Of a DNA stretch of 64,000 bases, positions 9,701 through 19,698 are shown one piece after another; within the stretch, counting starts at the first letter, position 1; every line of letters starts with the position of its first letter. Made by a program: the position numbers and the translations under genes. Source of the stretch: a virus (taxonomy: Duplodnaviria; Heunggongvirae; Uroviricota; Caudoviricetes); the IMG/VR virus record IMGVR_UViG_3300013121_000008, positions 64,001-128,000 of that record; one strand, 5' to 3'. The notes beneath the pieces were generated by a model. The model was not told the origin of the DNA. It worked only from the letters and a program-made list of their open reading frames with translations, and made no database searches.

Positions 9701-11644
9701 GCTGATAGAAATCAATTAGAAGAAGAATTTAAAAAACTAAGATCTATAGTATCTAAAATATCTGCTGAATCAGCTTTGTCTATATCAATTGGTAAAGTTT
9801 CTGGTTCTGTTGCCGCAAGAGCATGGACTCTTAATTCTTTAGAATCGAATAAAGACTCTTATAACAAAATGTACTCTATAGCTTCTAAAGATAAGGGATT
9901 GACTGTTTTCGCTAATGATTCTGCTTTCTTGAATATGATGCAATCTCAAAGAAAGCATTTAAATACAATTGGAGCAGATGATAAACAACATCTAGAAATG
10001 GTCAATAAGATAAGATCTTTCTATTTTGGCGCTGGAGATGACATTGAGAAAGGTGGTGGTATATTCGGATTCTTCGGTAGACATCCCACTCTTGGTGAAG
10101 GCCATGCTGGCGCTGGTGTTGTTAGACGTTATATAGATAAAGAAGAAACCTCTGCTTTATTAAAAAACAATAGAATTAAAAGATTTTTGAAAAAGAATTT
10201 TAAAAAAGATGATCACGAAACTTTTACTTCGTTCTTGTCTGGAAGAATAGGCAACACGCAACAACAATATCAATTCGCTAACATTTTATATAGAAATAAA
10301 ATACAAACTAGTGGAGACGCAACGTTTAGAGTACCAGTATTTTCTGTTAACGTAGCAGTGAATGGCAACAAAAATCCTGTTTTAACTAAGTTTTCTAGAT
10401 TAACTAATATGATTGGTGACGTTGACGGTGACTTGATATCTTTTATTATGCATACTTCTTCTGTTGCTCCCATGAAACAATCAATGCTTAATGACGCGCC
10501 TATTAATTTCTTTAGATCAAATGTTGAGTTTTTAGCTTTAAAAAATCACATTAAAAAGCATCAAGATTCTAAAGTTTTTAATAAGGTTATGAGTACATCA
10601 GAGTTATTAGTCGAAGACGTTATGAAGATGGTTCACTCAAAGAGAGTTGAGAAATTCTCGGTTGCTTTAGATGCCTTAAAAGTTTCTACTTTAGCTAAAG
10701 GAGAAAATGAAGTTAATAATAGAGTAGCTATGCAAGCCTTAGTTCTTATAGAAGAAATGATGCTTAAGTCTAAGAAACAGAAAGTTGCACTAGATATTGC
10801 CGATCAAGTTGCTACTGCAGTCTTTAAAGAAGACAAAGATTCTTTTAAAGCTTTGATGAAAGCGCACATTTTTGGAGACAATCCATTAATAAGTCTAGAG
10901 TATGATATCTCTAACTATGTTTCAGACGCGCCTGCCATGAAGTATGATTTGAACTATGATGAAGTTTTAGATTACATATGGAATAATTATAAATCTCTAA
11001 AATCAGAAGGCGGATTAGATTTAAGAAATATCAAAACGATAGTTAATAAATTGAATTTTGCTGAAGATTTAACTCCAGAAGTATTTCAAAACGTTTCCAT
11101 AATGCTTAAAGATTTATATGAAGGTAAGGGCGGTTTAATTCAAGCTGCCAATGCCGAAGCCGCTGGTATTATAAAGACTGAGAGCGCTGTAAACGTTGCG
11201 AAAGGCGCTGCTAATTCATTGCTTGGCAATATGAGAGGTTTTGCTAAATCTAAAGCTTTTACTCATGGCTTGGCCCCTATTGCTGCTGGTTTGGCCGGAA
11301 CAATAGCTTTAAGTAATTATTTCTCTTCAAATGAAAGATTAAATAACAATACAGAATTATATATTCCTCCACAAAATGAAAATGTTCAAGTACCAAACGA
11401 TCTTCCAATAGATGAAGAATCAAGAGATTATCAATTTATAAATAGAAATAATGTTGTTTCTAATGAAACTTACCTTGAAGATGGTAACCAATCTATAGTA
11501 CAATCTACATTAGAAGATGCCTCTTCTATAAAATATGTTCAAAATATCGTTAATAGTTTTGGCACTAGAAACAATCATGTTTATATTCAGGACAACAGAA
11601 AACCCCTGACCAAAAATTATATAGATTCATTCAGAGAAGATTAA
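6722..11644 (+). CDS. Large virion protein; candidate single-subunit two-barrel (DPBB) DNA-dependent RNA polymerase
   Basis: SKVRSLSLKGQV (K632/K639, nt 8615-8641), GRHPTLG (R1120, nt 10079) and NMIGDVDGDLISF (D1233/D1235/D1237, nt 10418-10432) occur in the order expected for DPBB-B then DPBB-A. Confidence 0.6.
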   Translation: MEENKKSRGFGVSALIASPLAIGLGIGTKGFLGGGLSANRPNPSPFTGGIPDRLEMIGRSTGESTNQIIAKALNQSKKNVAALDSFINSKRFEEMAFKPGPQRNAVIAAYKSILNSPYLGLTEDEIAQETGDILTASSTMKEQEFVDMMKERINKKALEFGPERKEEFLKDFVSEIKSQLKFEKFAVQSPMNLPSDTINSNFKINTKQISLSEINSDYSESGMRAKKNLSALQEVINNNLSGNTHRNLSVYEVFDQGIGTKAYMARVQVGSASFDIPLLAGRTILSSDDKILPLNTTGGFIFRGYKNRDGVVNYSSRFGGASYLTSFEGAPQAIENYFIQALGKSLRTLNSASPFQHRAIEEDFYNATFNRNQLVAPVFSRAQRSNLVLSVFRVINSIDKFVPGSRMHEIKLASNKYVKTDDVGYSQLSTGERFLVNAPTIETSSPYYKPGDLDLKSRSSSLRKTNTILESVRAINPIWSNRSNIFFSSGDNLTRELNTLNKEARTNRLVFYQFEEDSYLSRYNLDLGAYLGRTMRYRTNPSSIKDIDLTGNTKLLDYIMKNYDPETNQVFLTRKQLMENQGVLGRHVGGAVATLPTDQDLDGLLVTLRNSKHKDAISLSYQVSRKSGRFSKVRSLSLKGQVVRTNKNRLMREARRAFGMLANDFDSYGFDPENIIVSDTDQIFREKLALKNQMVSAYADMLSRKSKDPMGAQYQVENFINNVGKNNLEPDDIAKTIIREMKKNNFSNAEISAVVAGQVRLSVKGGKQYTDFLDDPNDVLANVLKNAKGFYGIDTLSLDTSTTLQGGGRLASVERRTLHALVQNLKSSGVSDSDTNKVLADVLSRTGFRKNWQNLLTNQTFLTSAMSFEGKVSLKDLESLSLRYDLPFTRGSTSFSLLSDNIRRGKYSDPGDYMSILKKNTIFELKFDTQASIEAARNVFGRESILLPGFKGSPALNRILSKTNGQKVNLGSEYEQIIMRIMKMSKKDIKGNAADRNQLEEEFKKLRSIVSKISAESALSISIGKVSGSVAARAWTLNSLESNKDSYNKMYSIASKDKGLTVFANDSAFLNMMQSQRKHLNTIGADDKQHLEMVNKIRSFYFGAGDDIEKGGGIFGFFGRHPTLGEGHAGAGVVRRYIDKEETSALLKNNRIKRFLKKNFKKDDHETFTSFLSGRIGNTQQQYQFANILYRNKIQTSGDATFRVPVFSVNVAVNGNKNPVLTKFSRLTNMIGDVDGDLISFIMHTSSVAPMKQSMLNDAPINFFRSNVEFLALKNHIKKHQDSKVFNKVMSTSELLVEDVMKMVHSKRVEKFSVALDALKVSTLAKGENEVNNRVAMQALVLIEEMMLKSKKQKVALDIADQVATAVFKEDKDSFKALMKAHIFGDNPLISLEYDISNYVSDAPAMKYDLNYDEVLDYIWNNYKSLKSEGGLDLRNIKTIVNKLNFAEDLTPEVFQNVSIMLKDLYEGKGGLIQAANAEAAGIIKTESAVNVAKGAANSLLGNMRGFAKSKAFTHGLAPIAAGLAGTIALSNYFSSNERLNNNTELYIPPQNENVQVPNDLPIDEESRDYQFINRNNVVSNETYLEDGNQSIVQSTLEDASSIKYVQNIVNSFGTRNNHVYIQDNRKPLTKNYIDSFRED

Positions 11645-14600
11645 TGTCCGTAATAGAAGAAAACAAGGTATTGCAAATTAACGATATAAATTTTATTGTT
11701 GGTGCATCCTCTATAGATATACAAAAAGAAAACTTATCTTATACCTTTAAGGTGTTAAGAGAAAAATCATCAACTAAGCTTCCAACTGGTAATGGAGCTG
11801 CCGTTGTTACTATTTCTATAGCAATTCCAAGAGAAGATATCGTAAATGTTCATCGTTTAATGGTTCAAGTTAAACGTAATCCATTCATTTATATAGAGAA
11901 CAAATTCATTCGTCATAGTATAGTTCCTCATTGGCCTTTAAATCAAAACATGGCGTTTACTTTGGGCGCTTGTACTTTAGAAAGTATTCCAGGGAACGTT
12001 GGTCTGTTTAATCTTTCTTTACAGTTGAAATGGTTTAATTACTTTCCATACTGTCATAATTTCTTATTTAGAGAAGACTGGAAAACAGATTGGATTAAAC
12101 CTTCCGAAGAAGATAAAGAATTACTTAGAACTTTAGAAATAAATGATGTAAAATTTGTTAAAAAATCAATTTATAATTACATAACAGATTATTGGTATTC
12201 TACTAATTTTCCGCCTAATGGATTTAGCAAAACATTTGAAGACAACTTTGAAGGTTTTAGTGGATTCTTATTTGATTTAATGCCACTCCCTTCTGGTATG
12301 GAAAAAAGTTTTGCCGTATCCGCTCCATCCGAATCTAAAATTTACAAAAGATATTATAATGAACTACAAGCAGAAGCCTTGTTAAACAATTTTAATATTG
12401 ACGTTAAAACAATATTAGGAGATCCTAGCTATTATCAATTATGTCTTTCTGGCGAAAAAACTTTAAATGAAGTTTTGAAAGAACAAAATAGTTTAGATTT
12501 AATAGTTGATAAAATGCTTTCTTACGATTATCTAAAAATATATTTCAATGTATATAAGTTTATAGATCTTCCAGAAAGTCTTAAGACTTCTTTAAGTGAG
12601 AATTTAAATAGTGTTATATTTGATGTTTCTGAATCGACAGCAGCCTTGTCGCATGACGAAGATGCTATGTCTTCTATTCCAGATATTATTAAAAGTAATG
12701 TATCATTTTATGAAAAACTAATAGAATTAAACCCTTACTTTAGAAGTATTTGTTTTTCTGTCATCGAAAAGATGATAAATGGAGATAATTTAACTGGTAT
12801 AAAATATATTAAAAATTCTCCTTATTCGTTAAAGGTTTCAGAATGTGGCCGTTCTCTAAACGCTAATTATGGTTCTGAAACTTCATTCCATAAAATTAAA
12901 TCCCAAGATGGCAATAGTGATTCTTTTGCTATGGATTTAGGCTTACTTAACAATTCTGGACTCGGTAACTTTTTAGATAAAGTTCAAAGTGAAAAAGAAT
13001 TATTGGATAACCATTTAGAAGATGCTCGTAGAATTTTATATTTTCAAATCGACTATGGTTATGTAGTTAATAAATATTTTAAAGGTCAATTATTATGGGG
13101 CGGTAACTTTCAAAAAGCTTATGATAAAGAATCTGCCCAAGCCATGAGTACAAGACTCAATAACGTTAAATCTGTATTAAGCTTTTCAGAACAAGATATA
13201 CTCTTTAAAAGAAATGAATCTGGTCTTCCTCCTTTAAATGACTGGCACAAAATTGTTTATAAGAATTTAGAAATAGGTATAGATCCCGTCCATGTTCAAT
13301 TATATATTCCCGGTGATACCACAAAAGTCTATAATGATTTACAGTCTGGATGGCGTCCAACTTATATCTCTAATGAATATGCCTATAATGATGCTAGTGC
13401 TACTTATAAAAATTCTGATGGATATATAGTTCCTTGGTATAAGGCTTTAGATAAAATTGCTGGTAAACCCCTAACAGATCAAGATCAGGTTTTCTTCCAA
13501 ACGGTAACTAGATTAAAAGATGAGGGATGGACCTACTATACTAAAGATAAGTCTATAAATGGAGTATTTACAAAATTAGTTGAAATCTTAGTTCCTTCTA
13601 CTTCTGGTGCTATACTTTTTAACGACGAAGGTTTTATGGGTTTCTCTGATGGATCTAATAACGATTTAGATACCGTTCTCACGAAAGTCTCTACTTCTTT
13701 AAGACATGTTATAGTAAACATCCCAATAGCCGGACAAGAATGGCCAACTCAACAGCATCTTGGCGGCATTGATCCACAGTTTAATTTTGAATTGGTTACC
13801 GGAGACAGAACAGGTAATCAAGATGGAATTGGAAAATTAGCTCAATTAATAGAGTCAGTTAGAATTTCATTGCAAATGAATGCGACAAATATCAAATCTA
13901 TACATGATTCTTGGATGTGCTCTGTTGACAATTTCGTTAATCGTTTAATGCAAAACTTTTCCGATAACGATTTATTGTCGAATATTTATAATGATAAAAG
14001 CCGTAAAAACATTATCAATTCAACTTCAATCTCTACTATTGAAAAACAGCCAGGACTTTCTGTATTTACTTTACAAACAGAAGAATCTCTTCCATTTATA
14101 GGAGAATCTTTAGTTAAGGTTAATACTGTTTCCCAAAAGAATAAAATAGATATATATAAAAAAATAGTTGCCAAGGCTAAAGAAATAGGTAAGTATAGTA
14201 ATTTATCTGTTAACGAAAGAACATTTTTATCTAATACAGGTATCACAGATAGTATATTTGATTTTCTTGGGTTATCAATATCTAACGATATAAGAGATAG
14301 AGGTAAGTCGAGTGTGTATTCTAGATTAGTTCTAGATCAAACAAAAGTATCTGATTTAACCCAAGAAGAACTGAACAAATTAGAAACCTTTATGTTGTAT
14401 TTCGGCAATATTCAACTTCTTTCTAATTTAATTTTATTTGAAAAAGAATATGGAGGTATGACTAATTTTGGAGATATTTACGGTTTAGAGAGTTTAATTA
14501 AACCAAAGGGTAAAGTTTTCTTAGAGAAGAACTTAAATGAAATCTCACCTTTGACCACTGGTATTCTTGAAGTATTAGCTACTCTTGGTATCATAGCTTT

Positions 14601-17600
14601 TACTGATATTGCTTTTATTTATGCCGCCTACAAGGGGGGAGAGTTTGCTGGTAGTCAAAATCCATTATCCACTCTTACCGGTTCTGAGACTATCAAGTCT
14701 TACCTTGGTACTACTTTTGGAATAATAGGTATTTTAGTTGCTTTACTGTTTACTCCAATAGTTAGTGCTGCTGCAGGTACTACTGCCTATAGTTTAATTG
14801 ATTTAGATAACTCTTCTTTAATTTTGATTCCTAAATATCTAAAAGCTTTAGAAAACGCTACAGGAGATTTAGGAGCGGCATTCTCTGTTGTTCCAGAAAT
14901 TGGAGCTTTCTATATTAAAGATTTCTTATCTTTTGATTCTTCTCCTCTTGTTGATGAACAAGTGTATGGTTTGGCTGAAGCTATCTTTACATATTTAAAA
15001 GCAGTAAAAGAAAAGAAAACATCATTTAAATTAACAAAACAAGAATTTGAAGAAAACAAAATAGAGTTAATTAAAAATAATTTAATTAATACTTTCGATC
15101 AAATACTATATGATCCCTTCTTTATAGAATTTTTTGATATTAAAGAAGAAGTAGCCGCATTAGTTAAAAATAGAACTATGGATAAATCTCAAGCCTTACC
15201 AGATTTAGATTTACCAGTTCATCCATTTTGGAACGAAAACTACCTAACTCCACCAGATTTTTATTATTATAATTTTCATGAAGATGGACAATATTCTAAT
15301 AATCAATATTTAGAAACTTCTTATACAGATATGATAAAAAATAACATAGCTGGAGTAAAATCTTTCTATGATAAATTAGAAAAAGGAGAAAGATTAGAAA
15401 CTTCTTTTGGAGACATAAGTGCTGGAGAACTTTATGGAATCTTCGAAGGCTCTGACAACGCGCCTACCGAAGAATTTAATTCATTTTTAGATACTGGTTT
15501 GGCTTTAGAAAATAGAATTAAAACTAGTGGTTATTCTAATATAAATAAAGACAGTGGTAAACCAGATACCTTAACATTTGACGAAGGAGTTAATTCTTGT
15601 AATTTTCTAGTTTCTAATTTTGATAGAGATGATGTTTATTTGCCACGAACTACAAAATCTATAATAAGCAGATTATCTACTATCGAAGCTCAGTTCGGAG
15701 TTAAAGATGGGTATGCGAACGAAAGAAAAGAAATCCAAAAAGTCTTTCCTAACAAAAATTTCGAATTTTCTTCTTCTGATACTTATCCAGATAGTATGGC
15801 TCATTTTTATTCTCAGGAAACATTAGAGTCGATAACATCTGAATCTTTAAAAGATATTGTTAGTCAAAAAATTACAATGAAGAGAGCTTGGCCTACTTTC
15901 AAATTATATATAATTGAAGAGGATCAAACTGAAGATTTAATATATAGATATGATGATTTTCATCACTACAACGCTATTAAAGAAATAACGATTGTAAAAA
16001 ATAAGTTCATTGCTGCCGATACAGCTATTATTAAATTACAAAATATATCTGGTATACTTGATGGCTCTAAACGATTAATCATAAAAGATACTGATTATTA
16101 TTATGACAATAAGAATGTTTTTGGTAAAACTACTTCCAAAGGAAAGAAAATAGAAGAAGGTAGAAAACCAATAAATGAAGATACCTCTAAGGAAGAACCT
16201 TTTGGTGCCATCGTTTTAAGACCTGGTGTCAATGTTCAAATTAGAACTGGATATGGTAATAATCCTAATACACTAGACGTTAGACTTTCTGGAAGAGTTA
16301 CTGATGTTAACTTTTCTGAAAATAATGATTTGATTGAAATAATAGTTCAATCTTTTGGCGTTGAATTAGAACAACAAGAAAAAGGTTTGGATCCAGACGG
16401 CACGGAAAGATTTAATTTAACTCATAAGTTATTGGGTTCGCTTATGTTTTCTCCGGAATTAAAGCATTTCGGAAGATTTGAAAAAGGAGTTCCTGCTCAA
16501 TATGGAGAAGCGAAAGATTATTCATTAGATTTTAAAGACTATAACCATACTTCATTACTACCCGCCCTAACAGAAATCTTTACTACTCATACTTCTAATA
16601 TTGTTAATAATTTCTTTGAACCTGTTACTGGTAAAAATATATTAGCCGCTGTTGCTTCTCCAGCTTCTTTAACTTATTTATTACCCGCAACTTATGTGAA
16701 CTTTGTTCAAAGTAGTTTGTCTTTCAGTTACGATATAGTAGGTACATATAGTGGCTTAGTATATGGCTTCGCTAAGAAATTGATAACAAATTCTATTCAA
16801 GAAAAGTTTAACTATGCTTTATTGTCTCCTCAAGATGATAACTTATTTCCTCCTCATCCAAAAGATTATCTTGAAAGACCTAATTGGCAGATTGGATTAG
16901 TAAAGAATATTACTTCTGATTTATTAGCAAACGGTTTCGATCTGTCTGATTTGAAGAAACATGCAAGAACAGTTTTGAATACTCTTGTTAATCCAAGATT
17001 AAAGTTTAATGATTTAGAATATAGTGTTCAAAATTCTACTATCTTTCAAGTTTTTCACGAGATGACGTTAAGACATCCTGGCTATACTTATGCTGCATTA
17101 CCATATGGAAATGAGTTAAGATATACAATGTTTTTCGGCGTTCCTTCTCAAAGATATTGGAGTAAACCAGCGCATCCCTTCTTTATTCAAAGAGTAAATA
17201 AATTAAGACAATCTATATCTTCTCCTATGGAAGATACATCTAAAGTAGAAGCCGATAAAATCAGACATTTCTATGAAGTAGATACCTTTGCGGAATTATC
17301 TAATTATATTAAATATAACTCTCTTTTTTCAGATGGCTCTAGTTATTATTTAGATTTAACTAAGGAGTCTGTAAATAATTCCGTTAACTCTGGCGGTGAC
17401 AAGAAAGTTTTTGAAGAACTGAATATATTTTCCCTGCAAGAAGCGTTAATAGAATATTATCAATCTTTAACTCTTAGATTCGAACCTTTCAGAAGATACC
17501 ACTTAGCAAACGATAAAACTGATATCATTTCTAATAATATAACTTTGAACGATTATAATTTTGCTAATGCTGTTGCCGTAAAATACTATGCTAATATAGA

Positions 17601-18531
17601 CGGTAAAGAGAATGAAGATATTGCATTAGTAAAGATTCATGATAAAATGCCAGAAGATCAAATAAAACTCAAGCAAATTGACTATATGAATGTTAATAGT
17701 AAGAACTTAGCTTTGAGATATGGTGTAGGTGAATTGGTACATGAAGTAAAGAAGATGTATAGTGGTTCTATTTTGACCTTGGGTAATCCACGTATGCGCC
17801 CACAAGATTATGTCTATATTATAGATAGATATAATGATATGGCGGGACTAATCGAAATAGAACAAATAGTAGAAAAGATTTCTTTTGAAAATGGTTATTT
17901 TATGGAGATAACCCCTAACGCCGTTGTCTTTGCTAATGAGATAGCTTCTTTCCCTATCGTTGAAGGGTTAAAGGCTGTGGTCGGAGGAATCGCACGAGAA
18001 GAAGCAAGGTTTACGACTAACTTTAAGGGTAACGATTTCTTTAATTTGTTGTTGACTAATAAAGTATCTGAAACCGTAATAGATACTTTAGACTTCATTT
18101 ACGAAGGAAGTATAACAGATGGAACCTCTTTACAAGATATTAGCTCTTATGTTCAATATAATATAAATGAAACAGTAGGTATACCTTCTACTAACTCCGA
18201 TTTAAATACTCTTCAATCTACATTTATGTCTGGCGCTTGGTTGCTTGGTGGTTACTTTTACTTAAATCAAGTCTCTGCGGCTCAGAGTGTAATCATTTAT
18301 CCTTTATTAAAGAATGGAGTTCCTTTTATCTCTGGTATCCCAGCGGCCAGACCAGAAAATCTTTGGTCTATCTTCAGAGGACAAGTTTCGTTATTTGCTA
18401 ACGAAGTTACTAGAGGAAGTGTTGATTTTCTTTCTTATTGGAAATTACTCGGTGTAGAATCTCTAAAAGCATTAGCTTCTGATTCGAAGCTTAATCAAAG
18501 CATAGCAGAAGGATATAGTAGGTCTAAATAA
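11644..18531 (+). CDS. Giant baseplate hub / central tail protein (multidomain, C-terminal gp27/gp44-like hub region)
   Basis: 2295 aa. The C-terminal part has hub-type motifs (ADTAIIKLQN, GVNVQIRTGYG, YSGSILTLGNPRMRPQDYVYI...IEIEQIVEKISFENGYFMEITP). It precedes the gp25-like and baseplate-J genes. Confidence 0.55.
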   Translation: MSVIEENKVLQINDINFIVGASSIDIQKENLSYTFKVLREKSSTKLPTGNGAAVVTISIAIPREDIVNVHRLMVQVKRNPFIYIENKFIRHSIVPHWPLNQNMAFTLGACTLESIPGNVGLFNLSLQLKWFNYFPYCHNFLFREDWKTDWIKPSEEDKELLRTLEINDVKFVKKSIYNYITDYWYSTNFPPNGFSKTFEDNFEGFSGFLFDLMPLPSGMEKSFAVSAPSESKIYKRYYNELQAEALLNNFNIDVKTILGDPSYYQLCLSGEKTLNEVLKEQNSLDLIVDKMLSYDYLKIYFNVYKFIDLPESLKTSLSENLNSVIFDVSESTAALSHDEDAMSSIPDIIKSNVSFYEKLIELNPYFRSICFSVIEKMINGDNLTGIKYIKNSPYSLKVSECGRSLNANYGSETSFHKIKSQDGNSDSFAMDLGLLNNSGLGNFLDKVQSEKELLDNHLEDARRILYFQIDYGYVVNKYFKGQLLWGGNFQKAYDKESAQAMSTRLNNVKSVLSFSEQDILFKRNESGLPPLNDWHKIVYKNLEIGIDPVHVQLYIPGDTTKVYNDLQSGWRPTYISNEYAYNDASATYKNSDGYIVPWYKALDKIAGKPLTDQDQVFFQTVTRLKDEGWTYYTKDKSINGVFTKLVEILVPSTSGAILFNDEGFMGFSDGSNNDLDTVLTKVSTSLRHVIVNIPIAGQEWPTQQHLGGIDPQFNFELVTGDRTGNQDGIGKLAQLIESVRISLQMNATNIKSIHDSWMCSVDNFVNRLMQNFSDNDLLSNIYNDKSRKNIINSTSISTIEKQPGLSVFTLQTEESLPFIGESLVKVNTVSQKNKIDIYKKIVAKAKEIGKYSNLSVNERTFLSNTGITDSIFDFLGLSISNDIRDRGKSSVYSRLVLDQTKVSDLTQEELNKLETFMLYFGNIQLLSNLILFEKEYGGMTNFGDIYGLESLIKPKGKVFLEKNLNEISPLTTGILEVLATLGIIAFTDIAFIYAAYKGGEFAGSQNPLSTLTGSETIKSYLGTTFGIIGILVALLFTPIVSAAAGTTAYSLIDLDNSSLILIPKYLKALENATGDLGAAFSVVPEIGAFYIKDFLSFDSSPLVDEQVYGLAEAIFTYLKAVKEKKTSFKLTKQEFEENKIELIKNNLINTFDQILYDPFFIEFFDIKEEVAALVKNRTMDKSQALPDLDLPVHPFWNENYLTPPDFYYYNFHEDGQYSNNQYLETSYTDMIKNNIAGVKSFYDKLEKGERLETSFGDISAGELYGIFEGSDNAPTEEFNSFLDTGLALENRIKTSGYSNINKDSGKPDTLTFDEGVNSCNFLVSNFDRDDVYLPRTTKSIISRLSTIEAQFGVKDGYANERKEIQKVFPNKNFEFSSSDTYPDSMAHFYSQETLESITSESLKDIVSQKITMKRAWPTFKLYIIEEDQTEDLIYRYDDFHHYNAIKEITIVKNKFIAADTAIIKLQNISGILDGSKRLIIKDTDYYYDNKNVFGKTTSKGKKIEEGRKPINEDTSKEEPFGAIVLRPGVNVQIRTGYGNNPNTLDVRLSGRVTDVNFSENNDLIEIIVQSFGVELEQQEKGLDPDGTERFNLTHKLLGSLMFSPELKHFGRFEKGVPAQYGEAKDYSLDFKDYNHTSLLPALTEIFTTHTSNIVNNFFEPVTGKNILAAVASPASLTYLLPATYVNFVQSSLSFSYDIVGTYSGLVYGFAKKLITNSIQEKFNYALLSPQDDNLFPPHPKDYLERPNWQIGLVKNITSDLLANGFDLSDLKKHARTVLNTLVNPRLKFNDLEYSVQNSTIFQVFHEMTLRHPGYTYAALPYGNELRYTMFFGVPSQRYWSKPAHPFFIQRVNKLRQSISSPMEDTSKVEADKIRHFYEVDTFAELSNYIKYNSLFSDGSSYYLDLTKESVNNSVNSGGDKKVFEELNIFSLQEALIEYYQSLTLRFEPFRRYHLANDKTDIISNNITLNDYNFANAVAVKYYANIDGKENEDIALVKIHDKMPEDQIKLKQIDYMNVNSKNLALRYGVGELVHEVKKMYSGSILTLGNPRMRPQDYVYIIDRYNDMAGLIEIEQIVEKISFENGYFMEITPNAVVFANEIASFPIVEGLKAVVGGIAREEARFTTNFKGNDFFNLLLTNKVSETVIDTLDFIYEGSITDGTSLQDISSYVQYNINETVGIPSTNSDLNTLQSTFMSGAWLLGGYFYLNQVSAAQSVIIYPLLKNGVPFISGIPAARPENLWSIFRGQVSLFANEVTRGSVDFLSYWKLLGVESLKALASDSKLNQSIAEGYSRSK

Positions 18532-19283
18532 TGGAACAAAAATCCTGGTCAAGAACATCTTCTCTTCATGGACCGTATAATATACGCCAAAGAGATATGA
18601 CAAGAAAGAGATTTATAACCTCTACTTTGTATTGTAGAGTTATAGAAATTTTAGATGATTCTCTAAGAGTAAAAGTTTTATTTGATAAAATTGAATTAAA
18701 TAATATTTATAGTAATAATTATTTTTATTTAGATACCGTCTTAGATGATTTTCTTTTAAGATATGGCTCAATAGAAAGCTTCAGAAGTTTATTGAAGGAT
18801 AACCCTCTAAAAGCTAGATTAGTTTTTAATCCCCCTAATATAAAAGAAGGGAAGGTACAGTTAGTAAATGATTACATTTTTATATATGACAATAACGATA
18901 AAACTGATTCTTTTAGTATTGGTTCTCTTATTAATGGTTTCTCTGGAAAGAAGAACGAAACATTTAAAGTAATTAAATTTTCAAATGATAAAGAGTCAAA
19001 TACAGGTATTAAATTTTATGATAAAGCTATACATATCGCTTCCGAATCTGATAAATTCATAGAGGTAAATGATAAAGGTTTAACATTTTCTGGAAATGTA
19101 AGCTTCCAGGCTTCTCCTTCAAATGTTACTTTTGGAGGTCTTGTTACACTCCCTGACTTTTATACAGGAATGATTCCCTCTACAATGAGTACCCCGAATC
19201 CTGTTTTTCACCCAAAATTTCCTACGGAGCTTTTAACTCTTGTTAAAGACTTAAACTCTGTAGCAACCTCTTTAATGATCTAA
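18531..19283 (+). CDS. Putative baseplate spike/assembly protein
   Basis: Lies between the hub and gp25-like genes; N-terminal OB-like CRVIEILDDSLRVKV and beta-rich C-terminus. Confidence 0.3.
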   Translation: MEQKSWSRTSSLHGPYNIRQRDMTRKRFITSTLYCRVIEILDDSLRVKVLFDKIELNNIYSNNYFYLDTVLDDFLLRYGSIESFRSLLKDNPLKARLVFNPPNIKEGKVQLVNDYIFIYDNNDKTDSFSIGSLINGFSGKKNETFKVIKFSNDKESNTGIKFYDKAIHIASESDKFIEVNDKGLTFSGNVSFQASPSNVTFGGLVTLPDFYTGMIPSTMSTPNPVFHPKFPTELLTLVKDLNSVATSLMI

Positions 19284-19284
19284 A

Positions 19285-19698
19285 ATGAGTGACTATATAG
19301 ACAATGATTTATATTTTTCTTTAGACGGAGATTTTATCTTATCGTCTAATAAAGATATTCAAGATACTTCTCAAAATCCTTATCGATCTTTATTCCAAGA
19401 AATAAAGGCTAGATTGGAAGACAGAGACAGTTGGACCAAAGGTTTCGGCGCAAATTTAAAAGATTTTGTTGGAAAGAAATCTTCTGAAGAGTTAGCTGAG
19501 AAAATGAAAGTTCGTATTTTTAATGAATTAACTAAATACTCATTAGTATCTTCTTCAGATTTAAATATAGATATCATTCCTACTTCTCCAACAGATCTCT
19601 TAATTTCTATAAGAGTTAGAACTGTTGGTAATAAATTCATATCCTTCCACGAAAAATTCTCGCTCATGGAGAATGAAACAGCTTCTAGAGAGTCATAA
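19285..19698 (+). CDS. gp25-like baseplate wedge / sheath-initiator protein
   Basis: 137 aa; DLYFSLDGDFIL...FGANLKDFVG...RIFNEL pattern; immediately upstream of baseplate J. Confidence 0.65.
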   Translation: MSDYIDNDLYFSLDGDFILSSNKDIQDTSQNPYRSLFQEIKARLEDRDSWTKGFGANLKDFVGKKSSEELAEKMKVRIFNELTKYSLVSSSDLNIDIIPTSPTDLLISIRVRTVGNKFISFHEKFSLMENETASRES

